A stretch of 64,000 bases of DNA from Thermoanaerobaculia bacterium (lineage in GTDB: Bacteria > Acidobacteriota > Thermoanaerobaculia > Gp7-AA8), in assembly GCA_963715895.1 (NCBI GenBank), contig OY970284.1, positions 4,899,892 to 4,963,891 of the forward strand, given 5' to 3'. Positions 1-7,999 of the stretch are shown piece after piece; the first letter of the stretch is position 1; every line of letters begins with the position of its first letter. The position numbers and the translations under genes were made by a program. The notes beneath the pieces were generated by a model. It was not told the DNA's origin, searched no databases, and saw only the letters and a program-made list of their open reading frames with translations.

Positions 1-2765
1 GTGGCCAGCTGGTCAGCGTTCGGCGGGGGTCCGATGAAGTTGTTGAGGCAGCCGTAGCTCGTCCAGTTGAAGGCGTTGTAGACACCGCCGATGACACCGA
101 CCGAGGTGCGGCCGAAGGTGGCGAAATCTTTCTCGGCCTTGAGGTCGACGTTCCGGTCTGCGAAGCCGCCGCTCTTCGGCGGCGTGATCGATTTCGAGAA
201 CGGATGCGTCGCTTCGCGGTTGGCAAGGCTGAAGCCCTGCGTGAAGTCGAGGACGTTCGTGTACTGGCCCGATCCGAATGAAGCGATCGTGCTGAGGCGG
301 ATTTGCCACGGCAGGCCGAAGATGCCGGTGGCGGTGATGCGGTCGCGCTCCGAGCCCGGCACGTCATGCTTGCCGTACGCGGCAGCGGTCGGGAAGTCGA
401 GGCTGAAGAGATCGTTGCCGGTCTGCTCCGCCCGTCCGTGCGTCCAGGCGAAGGTGGCGCCCCAATGTGACTGGCTGGTGTACGGCCGGTCGAGCTTGGC
501 CTGAATGGCGTCGTACCAGTAGCGCTTCCCAACCGGATCGGACTTGATGATGTTGCCGAGGCCGGGGATGAGCTGCGCGCAGCAGAGGCCGTCCGGAGCT
601 GCCGACAGCCAGGTGAAGCCATGGTAGCCGCGCACGCCGTCATAGCTGAGCGAGCCATTCCACGTACCGAGCGTCTGACGGACGCCGAGGTTGAACATGT
701 TCGAGTACGGGGCCTTGGTGTTGTTGTTGAGGAGATAGACCTCGGGCTGCGCCTGGCCCGAGGCGATGAGACCATTGAGACCGGCGATCGTAAAGAATGA
801 CGGATCCCATTTGATGGTCGGTCCGCCGTTGCGCGGCGCGCCGGTCGGCGAGAACTGGATGTTGAACACCGGGTACTGCAGCCGATAGCGCTCGTCGAGC
901 GTGGCATTGAGGAAGATCCGGTCGTAGTACTTGCCGAAGCCGCCGAATACGATGGTTTTGTTCTCGCCGGTCACGTCATAAGAGAAGCCCAGACGCGGCT
1001 GGAACTCGTCCTTGGACGGCTTGCGCTGGCTGCCATTGGAGAAATAACTCGGATCGATCTTCCCCGTCAGCCCGGCCACGATGTTCGCCGGCGTGACGTA
1101 GTTATCGTCGAGCATGTGCGACTCGTAGTCCCAACGCAGCCCGAGCGTGAGGGAGAGGTTCTTATTCACGGTCCAACTATCCTGGCCGTAGATCCCGTAT
1201 TCATTGTTGTTCGTCTTGAGGATGGGGTTGCCGAAGCCGAACACGGCCTGGAAGGGCTGCGCGAATGTCAGGCCGTTTGCGGGATCGACATTGAAGTCGA
1301 ACTCCGGGTTGCCGTTCAGGCTCTTGTTGACGCTGTAATGCATCTTGTCGAAGTTGCCGCCGATCTGGAAGGCGTGCTCGCCGTGGAACTGCATCGGCGC
1401 GAAGTTGAAATCGTCACGCAGCTCGATGCGACGCTGATCGAAATCCTGCGTCGTGCTGTTGCCGCCGACGCGGCCCAGACCAAAGTAGTTGAGGCCGACC
1501 AGGTTCGGATTGAGCGGCTTCGGATTCCAGCCGTAGTCCTGCCAGCTGAACGTGGCCTGATTGAGGGCGCTGGCATTGTTCCACTGGTCGCGCACCGTCG
1601 TGCCGTAGACCCAGTTCCTCAGATCGGTGCCCGACTGGAAGGAGGTCGTGCCGCCGAAGTCGCGGATCTCGTGCTCGCGGCGGTAGTTGCCGGAGATGTC
1701 GACCATCTGATTCTTGTCCGGCTGCCAGCTGGCCTTTCCGAAGGCCAGGTTGGACTTGAACGGACTGGCGAACGAACCGCCCGGCTGGGGATCCATTGGA
1801 GTGTTGAGAGGGGTCGTGATGGTCGTGGCGTGCTCGTCGACCCCTTCGTAGGAGAAGAAGAAGTTGAGCTTGTCTTTGATGATCGGCCCGCCGAAGCTGA
1901 TGCCCGGCTGGGAGCGGTGGTACGACGCATTCGTCGACAGGGTCGAGAACTGGAAGCCCTTCGCCGTCGGTGCCACCCACTGTTTCGGCTGGTAGTAGTA
2001 GAAGGCGTTGCCCTCGAACTGGTTTCCGCCCGACTTCGTCACCGCCGTGATGATGGCGCTGGAGGCGTGGTCATACTGGGCGCTGAAGTTCTGCGTGATG
2101 ACGCGGAACTCCTGCACGGCGTTCTGCGGGAACGGATTGCCGCGGCTGGAGTCCTGTCCGACCAATCCTCCCTGCAGCACGTCGTTCTTGAAGCTGACGC
2201 CGTCGATGAAGACATTGGTCTGCTCTGCCGGCTGCGCATCGCCGGCGATGGTCTTCCTCTGCGGATCGGTCGACAGACGAATTCCAGGGGCGAGCTGGGC
2301 GAAGTTGAGGAAGTTGCGGTCGCCCTGCGGCAGGCTCTCCATCTGCTGCGGCGTCACGTTCGTGGAGGCTTCAGAGGTCCGCGTATCGACGAGTTGGTTT
2401 CCGACGACGGTGATGGTCTGGTTCATCGACGCATCAGCAGACATCGTGAAGTTCAGCTCGACGTTCTGTCCGAGCAGGACCTGCACCGTCTCATTGCGCG
2501 GCTGGAAGCCGGGGGCGGCCACGACCAGGTTGTACGTGCCCGGGGTGATGCCGGCCATCGTGTACGACCCGTCCGGCCCCGACATCACCGTCTTCACGAA
2601 GCCGCTGGCGGCGTTGACGGCGTCGACCTCCGCGGCAGGCAAGGCCGTGCCGTTCTGATTCGCCACCTTCCCGTGAATCGTGGCCGTCGTCAACTGGGCG
2701 GCAGCCGGCACTGCGATCGACGCGATCAACAATGTCATTGCTACAAAAACAGATATTCTTCTCAT
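1..2765 (-). CDS. TonB-dependent receptor with N-terminal carboxypeptidase-regulatory-like domain (3' end runs off window start)
   Basis: My own minus-strand translation from the ATG at 2765-2763 gives MRRISVFVAMTLLIASIAVPAAAQLTTATIHGKVANQNGTALPAAEVDAVNAASGFVKTVMSGPDGSYTMAGITPGTYNLVVAAPGFQP..., i.e. a signal peptide, a CarbopepD_reg-like fold and then a plug-like region (QTITVVGNQLVDTRTSEASTNVTPQQMESLP). The frame stays open to position 1. A GGAGAG RBS lies 7 nt upstream. This gene is absent from the ORF track because it is edge-truncated, and it is shadowed by the spurious + ORF 1116..3008. Confidence 0.8.
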   Translation of the reverse strand, partial: MRRISVFVAMTLLIASIAVPAAAQLTTATIHGKVANQNGTALPAAEVDAVNAASGFVKTVMSGPDGSYTMAGITPGTYNLVVAAPGFQPRNETVQVLLGQNVELNFTMSADASMNQTITVVGNQLVDTRTSEASTNVTPQQMESLPQGDRNFLNFAQLAPGIRLSTDPQRKTIAGDAQPAEQTNVFIDGVSFKNDVLQGGLVGQDSSRGNPFPQNAVQEFRVITQNFSAQYDHASSAIITAVTKSGGNQFEGNAFYYYQPKQWVAPTAKGFQFSTLSTNASYHRSQPGISFGGPIIKDKLNFFFSYEGVDEHATTITTPLNTPMDPQPGGSFASPFKSNLAFGKASWQPDKNQMVDISGNYRREHEIRDFGGTTSFQSGTDLRNWVYGTTVRDQWNNASALNQATFSWQDYGWNPKPLNPNLVGLNYFGLGRVGGNSTTQDFDQRRIELRDDFNFAPMQFHGEHAFQIGGNFDKMHYSVNKSLNGNPEFDFNVDPANGLTFAQPFQAVFGFGNPILKTNNNEYGIYGQDSWTVNKNLSLTLGLRWDYESHMLDDNYVTPANIVAGLTGKIDPSYFSNGSQRKPSKDEFQPRLGFSYDVTGENKTIVFGGFGKYYDRIFLNATLDERYRLQYPVFNIQFSPTGAPRNGGPTIKWDPSFFTIAGLNGLIASGQAQPEVYLLNNNTKAPYSNMFNLGVRQTLGTWNGSLSYDGVRGYHGFTWLSAAPDGLCCAQLIPGLGNIIKSDPVGKRYWYDAIQAKLDRPYTSQSHWGATFAWTHGRAEQTGNDLFSLDFPTAAAYGKHDVPGSERDRITATGIFGLPWQIRLSTIASFGSGQYTNVLDFTQGFSLANREATHPFSKSITPPKSGGFADRNVDLKAEKDFATFGRTSVGVIGGVYNAFNWTSYGCLNNFIGPPPNADQLA

Positions 2766-3880
2766 GAAACCTCTCCTTTGTTAAGGCTGCTACTCCGGCC
2801 ACGCGCCGCCCGATGCGGTTGCGTGCTCACTTTGGTTGCGTTGATGGGGGCCATGCAGGAACCGCGCACGACGAGGGCGGTCCCCACCCGTTCATGCCTG
2901 TACGCGTGCGCCGCCGGATCGTTGATGGCATCGAGCAGCAGCGCGAAGGCGCGCCGCCCGAGCTCCGCGATGTCGACACGCATCGTCGTCAGCGGCGGCG
3001 CAACGTAGCGCGCGATGGGAATGTCGTCGAATCCGACCACACTCATCCCCTCGGGAACTTTGATTCCGGCCGCGGCAAGCGACGCCAGCACCCCCACGGC
3101 CATCGAGTCGTTGGCGGAAAACACCGCCGTCGGCCGCGACGCCTGCGCGGCGATCCTGCTGCCCGCCGCGAACCCCGACTCCTCGGTGAAGTCACCGCTC
3201 CATTCGAGCGCGCGCAGCGACTTGGCCGCCATCCCGCGCATGGCGTGGCGATAGCCGCGAAGCCGTTCGCGTGCGTCGGCGTTGTGCTGCGGCCCGCAGA
3301 CGAAGGCGATGCGTGTGTGCCCGAGCTCGTGCAGGTACAGCATCATCGCCCGCGCGCCTCCGTAGTTGTCGATGGTGATGGCGTCACCGTTAACACCCGA
3401 TGAATTCAGGAGCACGACCGGCATCTTCGGCAGCTCCTCGAGCGGCGCGAGCGTGACGTCCGGCGCCATGACCACGAGCCCGTCGACGCGCCCGCGCATG
3501 GTCTCGACGACTTCGAGCATCTGACCCGGGTCGCTGTGCGAGCCCGATACGAGGATGTGGTACCCCTCGGCGCGCGCGGCGAGATCGATGCCGCGGATGA
3601 CCTCGGAGAAGAATTCGCCATGCACGTCCGGTAGCACGATGCCAATGGTCTGGCTGCGCCGGATACTGAGCGACCGCGCGGCGACGTTGGGAACGTAGCG
3701 CAGCGACTTGGCTGCCGCGCGAACCTGACGCGAGGTTTCCTCGCGCACCAGTTCCTTGCCGTTGAGCACGCGCGAGACCGTGGCCACCGAGACGCCCGCC
3801 CGCGCGGCGACGTCGTGAATCGTCGCTACCGCCGCGATCTTGGGGCGTCGGGCCTTTCGAGCAAGTGGTCGAGTCGGCAT
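2762..3880 (-). CDS. LacI family transcriptional regulator
   Basis: N-terminal HTH ATIHDVAARAGVSVATVSRVLNG followed by a periplasmic-binding-like sugar-binding core (SANDSMAVGVL, GFDDIPIA). The stop codon overlaps the TonB receptor ATG (ATGA overlap at 2762-2765), so regulator and receptor are translationally coupled. Confidence 0.85.
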   Translation of the reverse strand: MPTRPLARKARRPKIAAVATIHDVAARAGVSVATVSRVLNGKELVREETSRQVRAAAKSLRYVPNVAARSLSIRRSQTIGIVLPDVHGEFFSEVIRGIDLAARAEGYHILVSGSHSDPGQMLEVVETMRGRVDGLVVMAPDVTLAPLEELPKMPVVLLNSSGVNGDAITIDNYGGARAMMLYLHELGHTRIAFVCGPQHNADARERLRGYRHAMRGMAAKSLRALEWSGDFTEESGFAAGSRIAAQASRPTAVFSANDSMAVGVLASLAAAGIKVPEGMSVVGFDDIPIARYVAPPLTTMRVDIAELGRRAFALLLDAINDPAAHAYRHERVGTALVVRGSCMAPINATKVSTQPHRAARGRSSSLNKGEVS

Positions 3881-3987
3881 AAAGAGTGATTAGTGGGTTA
3901 GTCGATTCCGTGGATTAGTGACTTCGGCTCTGACGAGTATTTTTTGCTTCTGATCCACTGATCTACTAACCGCTAATCTACTTCCCA

Positions 3988-4001
3988 TGTAAACGGTTAC
4001 A
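3988..4001. promoter_or_regulatory. candidate LacI-family operator (near-palindrome TGTAAACGGTTACA) in the lacI / GH1 divergent intergenic region
   Basis: The sequence fits the generic TGnAAnCGnTTnCA LacI/CcpA-type operator pattern. It lies ~55 nt upstream of the GH1 start. The same spacer contains GATTAGTG-like direct and inverted repeats (3890-3980). Confidence 0.4.
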
Positions 4002-4054
4002 TTTTGCGGTACGCTACTCACAATTCGATTGCCTGTCAATGAGGAGATGAAACG

Positions 4055-5401
4055 ATGACCGATGTCCGCTTCCCCGACGGCTTCGTCTGGGGCTCCGCAA
4101 CCGCGGCCTACCAGATCGAGGGAGCACCGCTCGCCGATGGCGCCGGCCCGAGCATCTGGCATCGCTTCAGCCACACCCCCGGACGCATGACCAACGGCGA
4201 CACCGGAGACGTCGCCTGCGATCACTATCATCTTTATAAGGACGATGTCGGCATCATGCGCGATCTCGGCCTGCAGGCGTATCGCTTCAGCATTTCCTGG
4301 AGCCGCATCCTCCCCGAGGGGACCGGACGCGTAAATCAGAAGGGACTCGATTTCTATCGCAGACTCGTCGACGCCCTGCGCGAAGCCGGTATCCTCCCGA
4401 TGGCGACGCTCTATCACTGGGACCTTCCCGGTGCCCTCGACGACCGCGGCGGCTGGCTTAACCGCGACGTCGCCGAGTGGTTCGCCGACTACGCGGCGAT
4501 TGCGTTTCAAGCCCTCGACGACAGCGTCGAGTGGTGGGCCACGCTCAACGAGCCGTGGGTGGTGACGGACGGCGGCTACCTCCACGGCGCGCTCGCTCCC
4601 GGCCATCGCAATCTCTTCGAGACGCCCATCGCCTCGCACAACCTCCTGCGCGCCCACGGCCGCGCCGTGGAGGTCTACCGCTCGATGGGAAAGCACGCCA
4701 TCGGCATCGTGGTGAACATCGAGCCGAAGTACCCAGGCTCACAAAGCGAGGAAGACCTCGCCGCCACCCGCCGCGCCGACGCCTACATGAATCGCCAGTA
4801 TCTCGACCCGATTTTTCGCGGCCGATACCCCGAGGAGATGGCCGACCTGTACGGCGAAGCGTGGCCGGACTTCCCCGCCGCCGATTTCGATCTGATCAAA
4901 CAGCCGCTCGATTTCGTCGGCATCAACTACTACCTGCGCGCGGTGACGAAGAACGATCCCGCCCAGATCATCGAGCGCGCCGCCCGCGTGCGCCAGCCGG
5001 GGTCGATCTACACGGAAACGGGATGGGAGGTGCACGCCCCCGCTCTGACCGACGTCCTCCTCTGGTTCCGCGACCGCTACGGCCCGACTCCGATTTACGT
5101 CACCGAAAACGGCGCCGCCTTCTACGACCCCCCGGTTGCCATCGACGGCACCGTCAACGACCCGCTCCGTATCCACTACCTGCGCGAGCACATCCTGGCC
5201 GTCCATCGCGCCATCGAACAAGGCGCCGACGTTCGCGGCTACTTCGTCTGGTCCCTCCTCGACAACCTGGAATGGTCCCTCGGCTACACCAAACGCTTCG
5301 GCATCGTGCACGTCGATTTCGCCACGCTGAAACGAACGCTGAAGGAGAGCGCGAAGTTCTACGCCGAGGTTGTGAGGACGGGCGGGAGGGCAGTGGGGTG
5401 A
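4055..5401 (+). CDS. GH1 family beta-glucosidase
   Basis: 448 aa with the GH1 hallmarks: TLNEPW (acid/base Glu) and YVTENG (nucleophile Glu). The N-terminus FVWGSATAAYQIEGA is typical. A GAGGAG RBS lies upstream. Confidence 0.93.
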   Translation: MTDVRFPDGFVWGSATAAYQIEGAPLADGAGPSIWHRFSHTPGRMTNGDTGDVACDHYHLYKDDVGIMRDLGLQAYRFSISWSRILPEGTGRVNQKGLDFYRRLVDALREAGILPMATLYHWDLPGALDDRGGWLNRDVAEWFADYAAIAFQALDDSVEWWATLNEPWVVTDGGYLHGALAPGHRNLFETPIASHNLLRAHGRAVEVYRSMGKHAIGIVVNIEPKYPGSQSEEDLAATRRADAYMNRQYLDPIFRGRYPEEMADLYGEAWPDFPAADFDLIKQPLDFVGINYYLRAVTKNDPAQIIERAARVRQPGSIYTETGWEVHAPALTDVLLWFRDRYGPTPIYVTENGAAFYDPPVAIDGTVNDPLRIHYLREHILAVHRAIEQGADVRGYFVWSLLDNLEWSLGYTKRFGIVHVDFATLKRTLKESAKFYAEVVRTGGRAVG

Positions 5402-5410
5402 GGCGCGACC

Positions 5411-5833
5411 CTACAAGATCGGCAACAAGCAGACGACGTCATCTCCACCCGCGGTTGCCAACGCACGATCGAAGGTAACGACCCGCCCTCCGTTTCGTCT
5501 TGCCAGGCCGAGCAGGTAGCGATCAGTCACGTGCTTCGCGGTCCCCGCGGATCGAAACTCCGGCAATACAGCCGGTGACACCGTGTCCGGCCACCAAACA
5601 TATCCACGTTTGGAGATCGTCAACATGAGCAATTCATCCGCCGTCGCTTCCGGAGTCCACCTTCCCCCTGGGAGCTGCGCGCAGACTCGAATCACACCCA
5701 ACTCTGTCACTATGCACGTCGCCCATCCCCCGGTGGCCGCCTCACTCGAAAACCAGTTCAGGGCCAGAGTGTGATGTTGATGCTCGGCGAGGAGCAGCGC
5801 CACCAGTACGTTGACATCTAGAAGCGCGACCAC
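5411..5833 (-). CDS. vapC: PIN-domain toxin (VapC-like)
   Basis: 140 aa. Acidic PIN positions are present: LLDVNVLV (Asp), IVTELG (Glu), HVTDRYL (Asp), TFDRAL. The gene sits 9 nt downstream of a small antitoxin gene. Confidence 0.8.
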   Translation of the reverse strand: MVALLDVNVLVALLLAEHQHHTLALNWFSSEAATGGWATCIVTELGVIRVCAQLPGGRWTPEATADELLMLTISKRGYVWWPDTVSPAVLPEFRSAGTAKHVTDRYLLGLARRNGGRVVTFDRALATAGGDDVVCLLPIL

Positions 5834-5841
5834 GCGACCAG

Positions 5842-6069
5842 CTACTCCGCGTCGCCATTCGCCAAACGATCAACATCCTCGACCGTGAGCACGGGAGCGC
5901 CAGGTCGCGGCGGAAATACGGGGACACCCCGCTCGAAACGGATGTCAGCCTCAGCCACGCGCCGGAGCAAGGCTTCAACGAAGTCGTCGACCGGTTGTCC
6001 CATCTGATTTGCCAGATTCGCGAGACGAGCCTTAAGAGCCTCATCTAGGGTGATGGTGGCGGTCGGCAT
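5842..6069 (-). CDS. vapB: antitoxin (VapB-like, RHH-type) paired with the PIN toxin
   Basis: 75 aa, MPTATITLDEALKARLANLA... with a beta-strand plus helices N-terminus. A strong AGGAGG RBS lies 7 nt upstream. The gene is immediately 5' of vapC in the same orientation. Confidence 0.65.
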   Translation of the reverse strand: MPTATITLDEALKARLANLANQMGQPVDDFVEALLRRVAEADIRFERGVPVFPPRPGAPVLTVEDVDRLANGDAE

Positions 6070-6548
6070 TACTCAAATCCTCCTGCTCGTCGCCCATCGT
6101 CGCACAAAGAACAGCAAATCGAACGGCGTGACTTGCTCCAGAATGCCTCCCCGCGCTTGACTCAAGGCGTGTACCACACCATCCTACCGTGCTGATGAAG
6201 TCCACCGTTTCCTCGAGGGTCAAATCGTCCTATCCGCACTCCGGGAGATGGACCACGTCGAACCTGGGGAGGAACTTAACGTCGAGCAACTCGACCCCCA
6301 GCGATAACTGGCTCGTGTGGCGGACCGCCCTGCCGAATGAGGGCGTCGTTGATTGGCTCCTCGCCTGCCCCGAGAAGGGATTCTTCGTCCCCATTGAATC
6401 CGAGTCGATCGACGTACCGCGAGACATCTGATCCTGCCAACGTCCTGGCCCGCAAAACCGGCCCCGCATCCGAGTGACCGCCGCCTCTGGGAAGCCAGGA
6501 GTTGTTGACCTCATAACCATCTTGACCAATCATGACGGCGAGGGGACC

Positions 6549-6852
6549 GTGGGAAGGGCACGCCAAGAAACGATCACCGTCGCTGAAACCAAAAAGTGGA
6601 TCTCGAGCCTGCTGAGACGTGTCGCTTTCGGCAAGGAAACGATTCTGATCACGAGGCCGAGGCCGCCCGATGGCCAAACTCATTCCTCCTGACGCTGAAC
6701 CTGTCGAGCCGGGTCTCGGGACCGTGCGGGGCTGGCTCCTCGCCGATGATCCTTTTCTGGCGGCCGTGGATGAGATTGTCACCGCGCGCGCCAGACACCG
6801 TTCGCGCGGAGCGTTGCCCAGGCCGCGCACCGAGCCGTCGGCGGTGAGGTAG
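6549..6852 (+). pseudogene. Phd/YefM-family antitoxin gene interrupted by a +1 frameshift
   Basis: Frame 1 encodes (GTG)GRARQETITVAETKKWISSLLRRVAFGKETILITR. After a 1-nt slip near 6657 the next frame continues RGRPMAKLIPPDAEPVEP.... Joined, this reproduces the Phd/YefM core ...vvITRRGkPvAvLvP. A 7-bp duplication GAGGCCGAGGCCG sits at the shift site. Confidence 0.55.
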
Positions 6853-7040
6853 CTGCTCGATACCGCGTCCTGTACGAGGTGATTCGGAAGGATCCGAACC
6901 GGGGGCTTATGCAACGGCTGGGCGAGATTGCGCCACGCGACGCGGTAACGTTGGTAATCTGCGTCGCGAAGCTCGCAACGGAATGGCTCGTGTTGTCCAC
7001 GGTGCGTGTCTCTAGGAACGAATTTCCCGCCAGATTCTGA
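6773..7040 (+). pseudogene. RelE/ParE-like toxin remnant (no start, N-terminal part out of frame)
   Basis: The frame contains ...HRAVGGEVAARYRVLYEVIRKDPNRG..., which resembles the RelE/ParE core (elRiGdyRviYrvdde). No start codon or N-terminal half exists in this frame. It lies directly after the broken Phd gene. Confidence 0.3.
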
Positions 7041-7081
7041 GTCACTCGAAATTCCTCCGCCCGGGAAGGAAAACGTTTGGA

Positions 7082-7999
7082 TTGTCCGTGAAGGGGTTCT
7101 ACTCGCAACACTCAAAGCTCAAATGCGAGCCGATCGGCGCGTCTGCCATGGTGGAGTTGACGAGCGACCTTCGCGATAGACCCAACGAAAGCACACATCG
7201 AAGAATTCAGGGATCCATCCTCTACCCTGGTTTTCAAAGTCCGCCGGAGTATGATACGTTTACAGCCTTCCGGTATATTTCCGCCAAGGGAACTAGAATG
7301 CTCGTCCAATCGTTCAGGAATGTCATGGAGTCGGCCGCCGCCGACCATTCGTTTCACAAAGCGTCCGGTTACATCGCTGATACAGATGCGTTGTTTTCCA
7401 GTGAGGCGATCGCTCAGTTGGAAAATGCCCATCACGGCTGCTTTGCATTTCTTGCGTTCGACGGGAAGGCCGATCCCATCGTAGCCCAATACGTCGCCGG
7501 TGGAACGCTGGCGGCGGATTCCGGATCGCGAGTCATGGTCTTGTTCACGGCGCAGGCATCTGTGTCTACGCCTCGGAAGCTGTCGCTGGGGATGCTGAAC
7601 GGCGCCGTCGTCATCGACGATGGCAAACATCCTGCCTATGACTGCGTCCGCAAACTTCTTCCCACAATTCCCGTACCGCCGTTACCGGCGGTTGTGGTGT
7701 TCGACCGCTTCACAGGAGGCGTTGAGCCGGTCGTCATTGGCATCGGCGACGCGACAACAACGGTCGAGTTGCGCACAAGGCTGCAGAAAGTATTCGGCGA
7801 TGCGGCGTCCCAGGTACGAGAGAGGGCTAGTGACACCAGCCGTGATTTTGCTACTCGGTTGAGCGCGGCTTTGGCGCGCGACGGCATCGAATACGAACGG
7901 AGCGGTGCGACATCGGTCCGGGAATGGCTGACGAACCTTTGGCAATGGGCGCGCCAGAATGTCAGCACTGTCGTCTCGATCGTGAAGCTTTTTGCGTGA
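7082..7999 (+). CDS. hypothetical protein (305 aa) in lower-GC islet
   Basis: Long ORF with no motif I recognise. GC is visibly lower than the flanks. It is the first gene of a two-gene overlapping operon. Confidence 0.5.
   Translation: MSVKGFYSQHSKLKCEPIGASAMVELTSDLRDRPNESTHRRIQGSILYPGFQSPPEYDTFTAFRYISAKGTRMLVQSFRNVMESAAADHSFHKASGYIADTDALFSSEAIAQLENAHHGCFAFLAFDGKADPIVAQYVAGGTLAADSGSRVMVLFTAQASVSTPRKLSLGMLNGAVVIDDGKHPAYDCVRKLLPTIPVPPLPAVVVFDRFTGGVEPVVIGIGDATTTVELRTRLQKVFGDAASQVRERASDTSRDFATRLSAALARDGIEYERSGATSVREWLTNLWQWARQNVSTVVSIVKLFA

Noticed and set aside
1116-3008. 630-aa + strand ORF, the longest call in the first 3 kb
   Set aside because: It has Arg/Ala-rich low-complexity composition typical of an antisense frame in high-GC DNA. 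It lies entirely inside the minus-strand TonB-receptor/LacI genes, which have clear domain signatures. It is a shadow ORF.
4477-5478. 333-aa + ORF and 3890..4696 / 4739..5311 minus ORFs overlapping the GH1 gene
   Set aside because: They are Arg/Pro/Gly-rich alternative-frame translations of the beta-glucosidase region. The GH1 frame carries the catalytic NEP/ENG motifs.
6276-7115. 279-aa minus-strand ORF spanning the TA remnant region
   Set aside because: No motifs, Arg/Ser/Gly-rich, and it crosses the Phd-like frame on the opposite strand. It is treated as a shadow of decayed sequence. A second decayed TA gene in 6070-6500 could not be substantiated.
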